In this document: positions 24,586 through 36,685 of the stretch, piece by piece
Numbering within the stretch: the first letter of the stretch is position 1
Layout of the letters: each line of letters opens with the position of its first letter
Assembly (NCBI RefSeq): GCF_006345805.1
Contig: NC_042998.1
Coordinates: 122,078,001-122,142,000, forward strand
DNA from: Octopus sinensis
Lineage: Eukaryota
Direction: 5' to 3'
Length of the DNA stretch: 64,000 bases
Notes under the pieces: generated by a model
The model's database searches: none
Told to the model about the DNA's origin: nothing
What the model saw: the letters and a program-made list of their open reading frames with translations, nothing else
Program-made: the position numbers and the translations under genes

Positions 24586-25499
24586 GAACTTCATCATCAT
24601 CATCATCATCATCATCATTGTCATCATGATCATGATGATGATCATCATCATTTTACATTTGCCTTCCATGCTAGCATGGGTGGGACTGCTAGCATGGGTG
24701 TACTACCAGAGTTCTTGTGTACTTACTTTTTAAATTTATATTTGATTGGTTGAAAGGATATGTTGACTGATTCTAGAAGTTTGCTTTTCATGTTGGAATG
24801 AGAATCTTCAGCTCAGTATGTAAGTCTTGGCATCATGCATTTTTTTCAGTGTTGTAGCAGCACAGATCTGTGTTGTAATGCATTATATGCTTGTGTGCAT
24901 TTTGTTGTTGTAGTAATCGGTTTCTTGTATTACAGGCTGTTAATGATAAATATTTTGGGTAGCTGCAGTTCTCTCAAATGTGATGAACCCAAGAGAGCTT
25001 TCTTTAGGGTGGAACTGAGGTGACTGAGTATGATGTTATGAATGTGCATTTTGCAAGTAATGCTCATTTATGTTTTAGCATAGTAATTCAAACCTTGGAC
25101 TATTTTTATTACAGATAGTGATGATATATTTTTCCTGGTAACCTAAAAATTTTCAAGTTCTTTTTTCATAGCTAACTTTTCCTGAAGTGTTATTCAAGAC
25201 TCGATCAAACTGTTTTTCTTGATAAAACCATGACTGCACTTTGAAAGTTCAAATTTCTCCATCCATTCATCTATTCAAGATTTCCTTTTGATGAGATTTC
25301 TAGTTAAGATAGCTGTAGCATAAGATATGCAAGTTTTGCTTGCATATCTTAATGGTGCAAATTGCATGGAGACATGAGCACTCAAAAACAATGAGTTTTT
25401 ACAGGCATTAATAAGAGTATATAATGAAAAAAAAAAACTTTGAAAACTTAGATCAAATATTAAACTTTGCAGGACTGACGATTTGAGTTATGCAACCAA

Positions 25500-25880
25500 T
25501 CAGTGATCTGTAACAGTGACTTTAATGGATCATTTATTCAGGTAGCTTTGCAATCACCCAATCACCTTAGCAGTTTCCTGTGTAGCTGCTTGATGTTTAG
25601 CTTGATGCAGAGACTGTTGTGCCAAACTTTACCATAAGTTTTTTGCAATATTCAAGGCTTTGGATACATAATTTCTGACCTACATTCAGGTGTCATATGT
25701 CTGAATAAGAATGAGAAAGTCCTTGCCAACATGAAATGTATTGACCCACTATTTTGAAATTGTTTGTAGACTTCTGATTCTATTACTTTGGTGATAATGT
25801 TGAGTGAAGATTTAGATTGATATGAATTTATATTTATAAGAATCTCTGAGAAGTTTCCCACTGGTTTAGAGATAATTAGT
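25500..25880 (-). pseudogene. Old Jockey/CR1-type LINE RT relic
   Basis: NSYQSKSSLNIITKVIESEVYKQ (compare NYRPISLL.IISKVME) and KTYGKVWHNSLCIKL (compare KAFDKVWH.GLL.KL). An endonuclease-like LGTSDHKPV lies upstream on the same strand near 27270-27300. Confidence 0.5.
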
Positions 25881-26111
25881 AAGTAAAGCACAGAGGAGAA
25901 TATTAACCTAGCGCCTGACTAATTCATTCAGCATTCATATTGGACTTTAGCTAGAATTTGGTTAGTATAAGTGGCTTTATTAACTTTAAGTTGTTACTTC
26001 ATCTTTAAGATGTTCTTTGTTTTCAAGATAACAGTCAATAGCATTGTAGCATAAAATTGTAAGATGTTTGGTGGTTCATCATCAGTGCTTGATAGCTGAC
26101 ATTTTCCTACA

Positions 26112-26445
26112 ATATATTGTTTCAGTCATGTGACTGCAGCCATGCTGGAGCACCACCTTTTAGCTGAACAAATCGACTCCTGGACTTATTTTTTTTAAGC
26201 CTGGTACTTATTCTATCAGTCTCTTTTGCTGAACCCCTAAGTTACAGAGACATAAACATACCAACAACCCAGACACAAAGACACACACACACACATACAT
26301 ATATATATATACAACAGGCTTCTTTCAGTTTCCGTCTACCAAATCCACTCACAAGGCTCTGGTTGGCCCAAGGCTATAGTAGAAGACACTTACCCAAGGT
26401 GCCATGCAGTGGAACTGAACCCATAACCATGTGGGTGGGAAGCAA
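26112..26445 (-). mobile_element. SINE family B
   Basis: Tail, (CA)/(TA) spacer and CORE-like head. Confidence 0.8.
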
Positions 26446-26768
26446 ATATATATTTCATTTGATGTACAGACTATAAAGATAAGAGCTACTAATAGTTCCT
26501 TGCTGTGAAGACAATGACTAGGTTGGTTTTTATAAGGAGACTCCTGTCTCAAAGTAATCTTCACAAGGCACATTATAAAACCTGCTTAGACACATGTCTT
26601 CACAGCAAGAAACTATTAGTAGCACTTATACATATACTGTGTATATCTAACAATATTTATCTTTTACTAGATGAGGCATTTTTTTGTTGATCTTACTTTA
26701 ACAGAACAATAAACTATGTATGTATGTGCATGCGCACGTGTGCGTGTATGTGTATGTGTGTGTGTGCA

Positions 26769-26828
<60 letters not shown>

Positions 26829-28348
26829 AGCAGGGCTTATAATGAGTCACTATTTGTTGTGGATATTACTGTTTGCCAGGGTTCATTCCAGTTTGGAATT
26901 GCATTATTTTTTGCCAGACTCTGTTCTCCGAAGTATTATGATTCTTTAATTGACAGAAGGAATGGTATGTTATTCTTGATGCTCTTTCTGCGTTTGTCAC
27001 TGACGAAAGCATTGACATCTACTTTTTTGTATTTAGTTTATTTATTAATAATTTTCCATAGGGTACAATTATCCATGACCTTGTACACAAATGATGTAAC
27101 TGAGTGCATTCTTCTCAGGAAAACTTTTCCCCACCAAATAATTGATCAGTTGCTAATTTAACATGGTATATTATGTACTCAATGTATGTTCTTCTGGTGC
27201 TCCAAATTTTCCACTTGTGTAATTACTACCAGTACACTGGGATGATGGGCTTCGCCAGTACAGGTTTATGATCTGAGGTACCTAGATATTCTAACAATAT
27301 GGCAGTTGTAGATAAATATATCAAAATACCTTCAAAAATTACTCCTCTTACACTGGTGCTCTTACAATTTGCTGTAAACCAAGGCAGCTACTTAGCTGTA
27401 GGGTTCAAAGCCCATCAATTATCTATAGTTTTGCTATGAAACCAGTCTTCATGGTGGATGTAAAAACACAATCAATGCACCGAGCATTATGTGAGTGTGT
27501 ATGTGTGTGTGTATATACATATATATATATGCACACAGATGTGTGTATGTATACACATTTGTAAACACACATGCCCAAATACATAAATAAAGCAATATAC
27601 ACACATATAAGTTTAAAATTGTTGGTGCAAGGCAAAACGAAATTGGAGACGGAAAGCAATTATGTAACAAATATTGGAAGGTTTTGGTTGTTGTTAGGGA
27701 GCCAGTAAGGAGGAGGGGGAGGATGTGGTGGTGGTGGTGTGGCTGTGGAGATGAAAGTTCAGAACTAGATATGGCAATGCTGGAGCTTCATATCATTAAA
27801 GCGATATGTCAAGATTATTGGGCCAAAGATAATAAGCTGCGATGCATTATTGATTCTTATAGTTGAGTTTCTAACAAAAATGGTTGTGATGATGATGATG
27901 ATGATGATGATATGAAGAAGAAGAGGGAGGAGGAGGAGAGGGAAACAACAAGAATAATTATTATGATTAAAAAAATAAAATAAAATAAAACCCTTTGACG
28001 TGCAAGAGCAATAGTGTTTTTGGCTTCAGTTTAAGCTGGCATCTACAAATATAGGTTTTTATGGCAATCAATAAAGTTTAAAGGAGAAGAAAAACAGAAG
28101 CAAAGTATATCAAAACAATCTTAATCCAGGCGGCTATCTGAGGGTTCTTAGTTGGAACCAAGTCCCTGGTAAAGCCGTTATCAGTGTACTTTATACACAT
28201 AAAAATATTACACACATGAACACACACACACACACACACATACACACACATACACACACACAGAGATATTATTGGTAAGGATTATTTATCAACTGTAAAC
28301 TTATGTGAACATAAGAATACATATATATGCACTCAAAAATGCGTATGT

Positions 28349-28745
28349 GTGTGTACATACATATATATATATACATATGTGCACATATATATATATACAC
28401 ACACACACACATATATACACATATACATACATCATCATCGTTTAACGTCCGCTTTCCATGCTAGCATGGGTTGGACGGTTCAACTGGGGTCTGGCAAGCT
28501 CGAAGGCTGCACCAGGCCAGTCATATATATACATACACACACACACATATATATACATACACACATATATACACACATACATATATATATATATACACAC
28601 ATATATACACAAATACATTTATATACATATATACATACATACACACATATATATATATATATATATATGCACATACACACATATATATATACACACACAT
28701 ATATATATATGTATAAACATATATATATATATATATATATATATC
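28349..28745. repeat. Compound (TA)/(CA) microsatellite field interrupted by an RTE tail
   Basis: Direct reading; source of several H/T/Y/I-rich ORFs. Confidence 0.9.
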
Positions 28746-29184
28746 ATCATCATCATCATCTTTTAACATCTGCTGGTATGGGTTGGATATTTTGACAGAA
28801 TCTAATGAGCAGCAGGCCTGTGAACTCCAGAGTCAGTTTTGGCATGGTTTCTATGGTTGGATGCCCTTCCTAATGCCAACTATCTTACAGTGTGTACAGA
28901 GTGGCTTTTTTGTGTGTCACCAGCACTAGTGAGGTCACCAAGTAAATAGCAAAATAGAAAAAGAATGGAAATGGGAAAAGGGGAAAAACATCTATAACAA
29001 AGTGGGAGAGAGGAAAGTGGCTTTATGTCAAGTGTTATGAAACTGCCATCTGTATATCATACATCTGTATATCGTACTAAATATATGCAGACTGTTGGAA
29101 GGCTCGATGGTATTGAATTGTCTGAGATAAAAACTCTTCATAAATTTGTTGTGTTAAAAACATAATATATATTAGAGCAAGATG

Positions 29185-29335
29185 AACACCATGGGTTATG
29201 AATGTAGAGGATATATGAAGACTAGAACAAAATGAAGCTAGTATGTTCCACTGGATTTGCAATGTTAGTATGCATATACAAATGTACCAAGAGAAATTGA
29301 ATGCAATTGTATTGAGAGAAGAACTGGGCATGCTG
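29185..29335 (+). pseudogene. RTE-clade LINE relic
   Basis: TPWVMNVEDI*RLEQNEASMFHWICNVSMHIQ...LREELG. Confidence 0.6.
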
Positions 29336-29358
29336 GTATGGTCATATGTGTATGAAGA

Positions 29359-29577
29359 TGAAAGGCGGTGAGCTGGCAGAAACGTTAGCATGCCAGGCAA
29401 AATGCTTAGTGGTATCTCGTCTGTCTTTATGTTCTGAGTTCAAATTCCGCCAAGGTCGACTTTGCCTTTCATCCTTTCGAGGTTGATAAATTAAGTACCA
29501 GTTGTGTACTGGGGTCGGTCTAATTGACTGGTCAACTCCCCTAAAAATTGCAGGCCTTGAGCCTAGAGTAGAAAAGG
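29359..29577 (+). mobile_element. SINE family A, full length with 13-bp target-site duplication
   Basis: TSD ATGTGTATGAAGA at 29346-29358 and 29578-29590. Confidence 0.9.
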
Positions 29578-29814
29578 ATGTGTATGAAGACAACAATATA
29601 AAGTAGTGCCTCTTTCTTCATGTAATTGCCAGAGTTATAACTGTCTTCAAATTGCTCAGCATCAGGAAACCTTTGCAGCAAATCTGCATTAGAAATAGGC
29701 AGTGTGCCTTCTTTTGTCCCTATATTGTGTGTGTGGTATATTCATTTACAACAATTGTGATGTCAAGACAGGCATCAGAAACATACATATTCACACACAA
29801 ACTTACATATAGAT

Positions 29815-29985
29815 ATATAAGATGGGCTTCTTTCAGTATTTGTCTACCAAATCCAAATACAAGGCTTTAGTTGGCCTGGGATTATAATAGAAGACACTTG
29901 ACCAAGGTACCATGCAGTGTGACTAAATCTATAACCATGAGATTGGGTAACAAACTTCTCAACCACACAGTCATACCTGCATCTA
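29815..29985 (-). mobile_element. SINE family B, head only
   Basis: GGCTTCTTTCAGTATTTGTCTACCAAATCC...AGAAGACACTTGACCAAGG. Confidence 0.65.
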
Positions 29986-30754
29986 TATATCAATATATAT
30001 GAGTGTGTGTGTGTGTGAATAAATCAATAAGCCTGGGCAATAAGATGTGCAAGAACATATTGCACCTTGTGGTCTAGTAGCTAGAATATAATGGTCATTA
30101 TATTCTAGCTAAGAAAAAAAAAATGAAAATAGAAAACCTAACACTGGACACCCAAGCACTGTAAAGTGAAGAACAATAATTATAAAGATGTGGAAGCAAG
30201 CCAAAATTGTTGGTAAATTGTGAAAGAGGTGTTTCCACCTGATTGGGTCAAGTCAGGTCTATGTATCCTTTATGTGAAGATGTTAATAGTTTAAAACTGC
30301 CACGTGTCCAGCTGATGTTACTTTATAACTGCCCTAACTGCTTGAGTCTTTTAACTCATACACAGTGGAGAACTGTTACTTTTGCCCAATTACAACAATA
30401 ATGGTTTTAAATAACTTTGCTACAGGCAAAGGTATTTGTATGTAGCTGATGACAATGACCATGGACTGTACATTCAAGTGTTATATGATTTCTCAATCAT
30501 TGTTGCATGTTACTGAGCCTTGCTGAATTTTGTTTGTCCCTTTAGTTCATTGATTTTTTTTATATAAGTATACATCCCTCCATTGATAATCTGATTTTTC
30601 TGTTTCTAGCAAAGTACAACTCATATTTGCAATGGGGAGAAGCCTCAACTTCATAATGGCAATTCACAAGAACAGGCATGTCATTTATTATCATGAACCC
30701 CTCACACGCATTCTGTTTTCTGTCAAAACTCCCCATAACTCATCCAGCTGACAA

Positions 30755-31075
30755 CAAGGTACATGTGAGGAAGAAAGAAAAGTTAATAGGTATGACAGGT
30801 TAGCTTGGAAGGTAAAGCAGTTGTGGTCGATGAAAAAGGTGGTAGTGGTACCAATAATTGTCGGAGCCCTGGGAACAGTGAGTAAAAATCTTGAGAAGTA
30901 CTTGGAACAAATAGAGGTTGCAATAGGGGTGGAGCACTTGCAGAAAACAGCACTGCTTGGAACCACTCAAATACTCCAGAAGGTGCTCAAAAAATAAGAG
31001 GTGTTACCTTAGTTCACTGGTAGTGAACAGCTGACACCATTGTACATCTCCAGTGTTAAAAGCTGTGCAAGGGTG
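30755..31075 (+). pseudogene. R4/NeSL-like LINE 3' end (restriction-like endonuclease C-terminus)
   Basis: EERKVNRYDRLAWKVKQLWSMKKVVVVPIIVGALGTVSKNLEKYLEQI...LQKTALLGTTQILQKVLKK*, followed by a hairpin GTTCACT-GGT-AGTGAAC. Confidence 0.8.
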
Positions 31076-31139
31076 GTGGCGGCAGCAGCAGCAGCAACAA
31101 CAACGGCGGCGACGACAACAACGACAACAATAATAATAG

Positions 31140-31345
31140 CAATTATTGTTGGGTTCTTGGGGACAGTATCAGAAGGCATAAAGAGGAATATAAAGGAAAT
31201 CAGAATACAATGCCCAGTAGAACTGTTATTAATACAAAAGGTTTGCCTCGTTAGCATAGCCAGAATAATCAGGAAAGTATTAGATAGATGAAAAGAACAG
31301 TTAGCATGGTACCATAGGCTGCAGGCAGCAAGCCTGCTATGCATG
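31140..31345 (+). pseudogene. Second, distinct R4/NeSL-like LINE 3' end
   Basis: IIVGFLGTVSEGIKRNIKEI...IQKVCLVSIARIIRKVLDR*, followed by a hairpin GCAGGC-AGCAA-GCCTGC. Confidence 0.7.
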
Positions 31346-31386
31346 CAAGACTCCAGGAGTTAGAACAAAACCTGAGATAAAAAAGA

Positions 31387-31418
<32 letters not shown>

Positions 31419-31759
31419 TGATGTGTGTGTATATATATATATATATATTATATACACACACACACATGCATGTGCATACACACATACTTTTATGATAAGT
31501 GATTTGATCTGAGAAGATGGTGGGGGCGGGTTTGAAACAGTTGTATCATGATAGAACCATCAGCACCAGAGAAACCATTTAAAGAAAAAAGAAAATGTAA
31601 TACCTTGGCAAGGTATGATCTCTAACCTGTTTATGAGATTAACTCCAAATTAAACCTGTAAAGACCCTTCCAACCCATGTTTGCATGATGATGATGATGA
31701 TGATGACGAGATGATGGTATAGACTCTGAATTATAGAAGTAATGAATTTGTTCATTTAA

Positions 31760-31983
31760 CTCTTTAGCATTCAGATTTCTCTGTCAAATGCAGTGTTTAT
31801 TTATTCACATTGATCTGAATTAGTCACGCATTAATTATCCCATAGCTTGGAGATTTCAAATATGTGATTGTTGATTTTCATAATGACATTGTAGGGTAAG
31901 TGTGACAGGTGGGACCTGGTCAGTTTGAAGATGAAACAGGTAAATTATTTTGGCCAGAAATGGACAGTTTAAGTGCTGAAGAG
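31760..31983. mobile_element. TTAA-flanked MITE (piggyBac-like)
   Basis: TTAA|CTCTTTAGCATT ... AGTGCTGAAGAG|TTAA: imperfect terminal inverted repeats and TTAA flanks, no ORF. Confidence 0.6.
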
Positions 31984-34143
31984 TTAACAGCCGATCACAA
32001 AGTTGGGATCATAGAGAAAAGTAGAGAAGAAAGAGAGGCGAAAGGAAAGAATGTGTTAAAAATATGGTTAAGAGAATGACTGAGGATAGGTAGCATGGTG
32101 AATGAATGAAAAAAAAAAAAAGAAGATGTGAAACAAGCAGAGATAGGTAGGTGGAAGAAGAAAAACGGTAGGAAGTAAAATTTCAAGAATAGATAATGGA
32201 GAGGAGATGGCTAAAGGGGAAGAGAGTAACATCATGGATAAACGGAGAGTGGAAAACAGAAAGAGAAAAGAGAAAAACAGAGAAAAACTGTGTGTGTGTG
32301 TATGTGTGGAATGAATAAGAGACAGAGAAAGAAAAAGAGAGTGAAACAGAAGAAAAATGACAGAGATATAGATGAGTTCATTTATGCGGTGCCTAAGTGC
32401 ACACTAATAAGCAGCAACATGGTGTATATATATATATGTAATGCAGGCGTCATAACATAAACATGTGACATAATGTTGCGGAGCATCCAGATTAGTTTTA
32501 CACCAATTCATAATGAAGCTAATTAGAAACACTTTTTATGTCCATACACACACACACGCGCGCGCGCACTCTCACACATACACACAGACACGCACACTCT
32601 CACAAAGGCCCAAAGGTAAAGAGATTTTAGTGCAGAACTGAGAGTGGATGAAAGTTCAATATACTGGTGTTGATGTTATTGTTGCTGATGGCGACAATCG
32701 AAGAAACACAAGCACACATGCATATTGCAAAACAATAGCAACAGCAACAACAAACATGAGCAAAAATAAACAACTGGTTAAAGAAAATGGGAATTATATG
32801 TTAAGCTATGTTAATTTGTTTTATGTTTTTACTTCAACATATTTTAAACTTCTGTTTTTATTTCCTAATCCAAATATGAAATTATAACAATAAAACCAAA
32901 AATACAAAATAACAAAAAACAAAACAACAACAACCAAAACAACAAAAAAAAAACAAAAAAAAAAACAAAAAAAAAACAAAACAAAACAAAAATAACTAAA
33001 TGAATAACAAGGAAAAAAAAAGTACACCATTTTCTGTGTTTCCTAGTTAATCTTTTATCCATGTTAATATTTCTTATAAAACATCCCAGCTGCCTTCCCG
33101 CTTGCTCACCCAGTCAAACTACCTCCCACATAACAATCAATATTTAATATCAAATGTCACTTTATATTAGTTAAGCTGCTCATTCAAACACCAGTTCAAT
33201 CCAAGTAAACACTTTTGTATTTTATTATCGTTTCTTTTTCATTCTTGTTGTTGTTTTTACTGGCTGCACTGTACGCAATCCTGTATAGCGTGATTTTTCT
33301 ACTTGAAATTATTTCTTTGATTATTAATATATAAGAAGAGAGTCTAGGCAAGTGAATTAAATGAAAACTGTATCAAAAGTCGAAAGAAATAAAACACACT
33401 GTTGTTGTTTCAACGGGTTTTTCTATTTATCTATTTATTTATTTGCTTTTTCAAATTCATTATTTTATTTCTAGAAGAGGTTGATTATTCCAACTCAAGA
33501 CTATTGTTAATAGCTAAACAGATATTGTTAGATCTGTCTTTAGGAGTATCTTTATTTCCCATTTTTTTCTTTTGGCATCATGGTCCAGCTCCCTGGAATT
33601 ACATACTCAAAAGGAAATAACAGCAGTTACTCAAAAATGAGTGTAGTCAATATGAATAATAATGTCCACATAGAATTACACACACACACAGAGATACATA
33701 CAGAGAATTTTTTCCCTCAAGACTATTTTCACAACAAAGATCTTTCCAAGTCCGAGTGTACATAAATGTGTTAAATATAAGTGTACATACATATCTTTCA
33801 ATCAACTCTTTATGCACCTCTAGTTAACACACACACACACACAATGTTATACTTAGGGATGGTGATATTTTGCCAATTAAACACATGCGCTATGTATTTG
33901 GACTTTACTTCAGCTTTATTATTAATATTTTGGTTTCTTTGTTAAAGTTCTTTCATCACACATCCTGTGACTCCTTCAGTGACTCTCTATCCCACGTGTC
34001 TCTTCTTGTTCTGCTTATTCTGAAATCATGACCAAATATATAGGGCATGTGTTTAATTGATAAAATATGAACCATCTCCAAGTATAACAACATCTGTTTC
34101 AACACATGATTTCACATCAAGAATCTTGCAAAACAAATACATT

Positions 34144-34189
<46 letters not shown>

Positions 34190-34554
34190 AACAAAGTTGA
34201 AGAAGAATTAGTTTATTTCCCACTATGAAAACATAAAAACTATTATAAAATACCTTAGAAGTCAACTCCATTGTATTTGAACAAAGATAGGAATGATAAA
34301 AAGTAATAAAAAAGTAATAAAAGGAATTGCAAATAAAAGGGAGTAAAATGTCTTAAGTAGTCCCATGGTTGTTCAGCTTTACTTATGTCTACCTCCATAC
34401 CACCATAATCTGTGACTACTACCATAATGAAACAGTGAGAGTCTGAAAGTGGTCACTTTACCTGCTTGAAATAGCAGTCAGATTTCCCCCAATTCTCACT
34501 CTATAATCTTTACAGAAGCTAATTTTGTGCAGTGGTTTATCATCTATTCTTTAA

Positions 34555-34800
34555 AGTGCCAGTGCCACATAAAATGCATTCATGCTGGTGCTGTGTAAAC
34601 ACACCCACCCCTGCCAGTGGTATATAAAGAGCACCCAACACACTCTGCAAAGTGGTTGGCGTTAGGAAGTGTATCCGGCTGTAGAAACCATGCCACAACA
34701 GACATTTGGAGTCTTGACAGCTACCCGGCTGGCCAGATCCATATCAAACCATCCAACCTATGGCAGCATAGAAAGTGGATGTCAAATGATGATGATGATT
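34555..34800 (+). mobile_element. RTE-LINE 3' tail (family C)
   Basis: GTGGTTGGCGTTAGGAAG...GTAGAAACCATGCC...(GAT)n. Confidence 0.75.
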
Positions 34801-34839
34801 TTCTTTTACTATTTCAACCAGTATAATCCTCCTCTTCCT

Positions 34840-35533
34840 CATCATCATCATTTAATATCCATTTTCCATGCTATCATAGGCTGGACGATTTGACTGAAGA
34901 CTGGCGAACCAGATGGCTGCACCAGGCTCCAATCTGATCTGGCAGAGTTTCTACAGCTGAATGCCCTTCCTAATGTCAACCACTCCGAGAGTGTAGTGGA
35001 TGCTTTTACGTGACACTGGCACGAGGGCCAGTCAGGCGGTACTGGCAATGGCCATGCTCAAATGGAGTTTTTTACTTGCCACCTGCACAGGAGCCAGTTC
35101 AGCAGCACTGGCAACGACCTTGCTTGAATATTCTTTTAACGTGCCAGTTAATATTCTTTTAACATTCATGCTTGAATGGTGCTTTTTACGTGGCACAGGC
35201 ACGGAAGCCAGTCAGCTGCTCTGGCAATGATCACACTCGGATGGTGCCCTTAGTGCTCCACTAGCATGGATGCCAGTCATCAAATTTGATTTCGATTTTG
35301 ATTTCACTTGCCTCAACAGGTTTTTGCAAGGAGAGTTTAATGTCCAATGAAGGAAAGGTATGCATAAATGGGCCGGTTACACCCCTGTTATAGGCCACGG
35401 GTTATGGTCTCGCTTGGCTTGCTGAGTCTTCTCAAGCACAGCATATTTCCAAAGATTTCGGTCACTAGTCATTGCCTCAGTGAGGCCCAATTTTCGAAGG
35501 TCATGCTTCACCATCTCTTCCCAAGTCTTCCTG
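34840..35533 (-). mobile_element. RTE-LINE 3' end with ORF terminus and 3' UTR
   Basis: Minus strand encodes RKTWEEMVKHDLRKLGLTEAMTSDRNLWKYAVLEK and continues into the family C tail and (GAT)n. Confidence 0.8.
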
Positions 35534-36620
35534 TTATTAAATATTTTCACTTATACTCCCATGTTAAATTTTTATGGAAATTAAAGAAGGTGAGGCGATA
35601 ATGGACTATAGTGTATCATCAGCCATGTTTTTGATTGCTTATAACACAATGTTCTACTCATGTATTCTAATCACAATAAAAATTGTTTTGAAAATGAGCT
35701 TTGCATCTTGTTAAATATTTCAATTCAAAGAAAAATCACGAGCTTTGTAAAAACTCAGCATTCTGCATAGTATCTTTTTGACATTTGCTGCTCCTGTGTG
35801 AATATACAACACCAACCCGCTAAGAGGGCATTACCACCTAGGTTAATAACTTTTGAACCCAAAGGTAGCACCATCATAGATGCTCTACCTACCAGAAAAA
35901 AAGCAGACAAATTTTTCTGAAATCACAACTTACTGTCATAAAAAGAAAGGACACAATAGATTGTGTAGTTCAAATAAATTACAGTTGGGAAAAATATGAG
36001 ATGGTCAAAGCTGGAACAGCTTTGATAATAGGTCTGTCCAATTAGGGCAGATTTTGAATAAAACAACAACAAGCACTTAACTCTCCTACACTTTGTTCAA
36101 TTAATATTCTTTTAGCTCTAAGTATGGTCCTGTTCTATGTTCTACACTAAAGAATTCTACACAACTACACTGATTTATTTTCCCTCCCAGCAATTGAAAA
36201 TAAATTTAATAGTAAACATAATGGAATCTCTCCTCCCCCATTTACAGACTGCAGACATTTGGAAAATGTCCAAGACTTTTTTTTTATTTATTTAAAATAA
36301 CATTTATTTAGTTCAAAAGATTTCTGCACTTTTTATATTTTGTCACATTCTGACACCCCACTCTAGAGAAATTTGGTCAGTTGAAAACTACCATTGACAA
36401 AGCAGGTTTTTTTTTCTCTTAAAATTCATAATGGATTTAGACATAATACTTTTTATCTACATCATCAACATCACCATGACCACTGTAAGAAGGAGGAAAA
36501 GAAATAGAGTCTACAAATGATTTTGATTCAAAACATATTCTGCTTGTATTATGTTAGCTATATAAACATTTATATTCTCTAGTGGCTAAACTTGAAAGCA
36601 ATTTGTATTTATAATAAAAT

Positions 36621-36685
<65 letters not shown>

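Noticed and set aside
30610-30675. Acceptor followed by THICNGEKP, resembling a C2H2 linker
   Set aside because: No C2H2 cysteine/histidine spacing, and the frame closes shortly afterwards.
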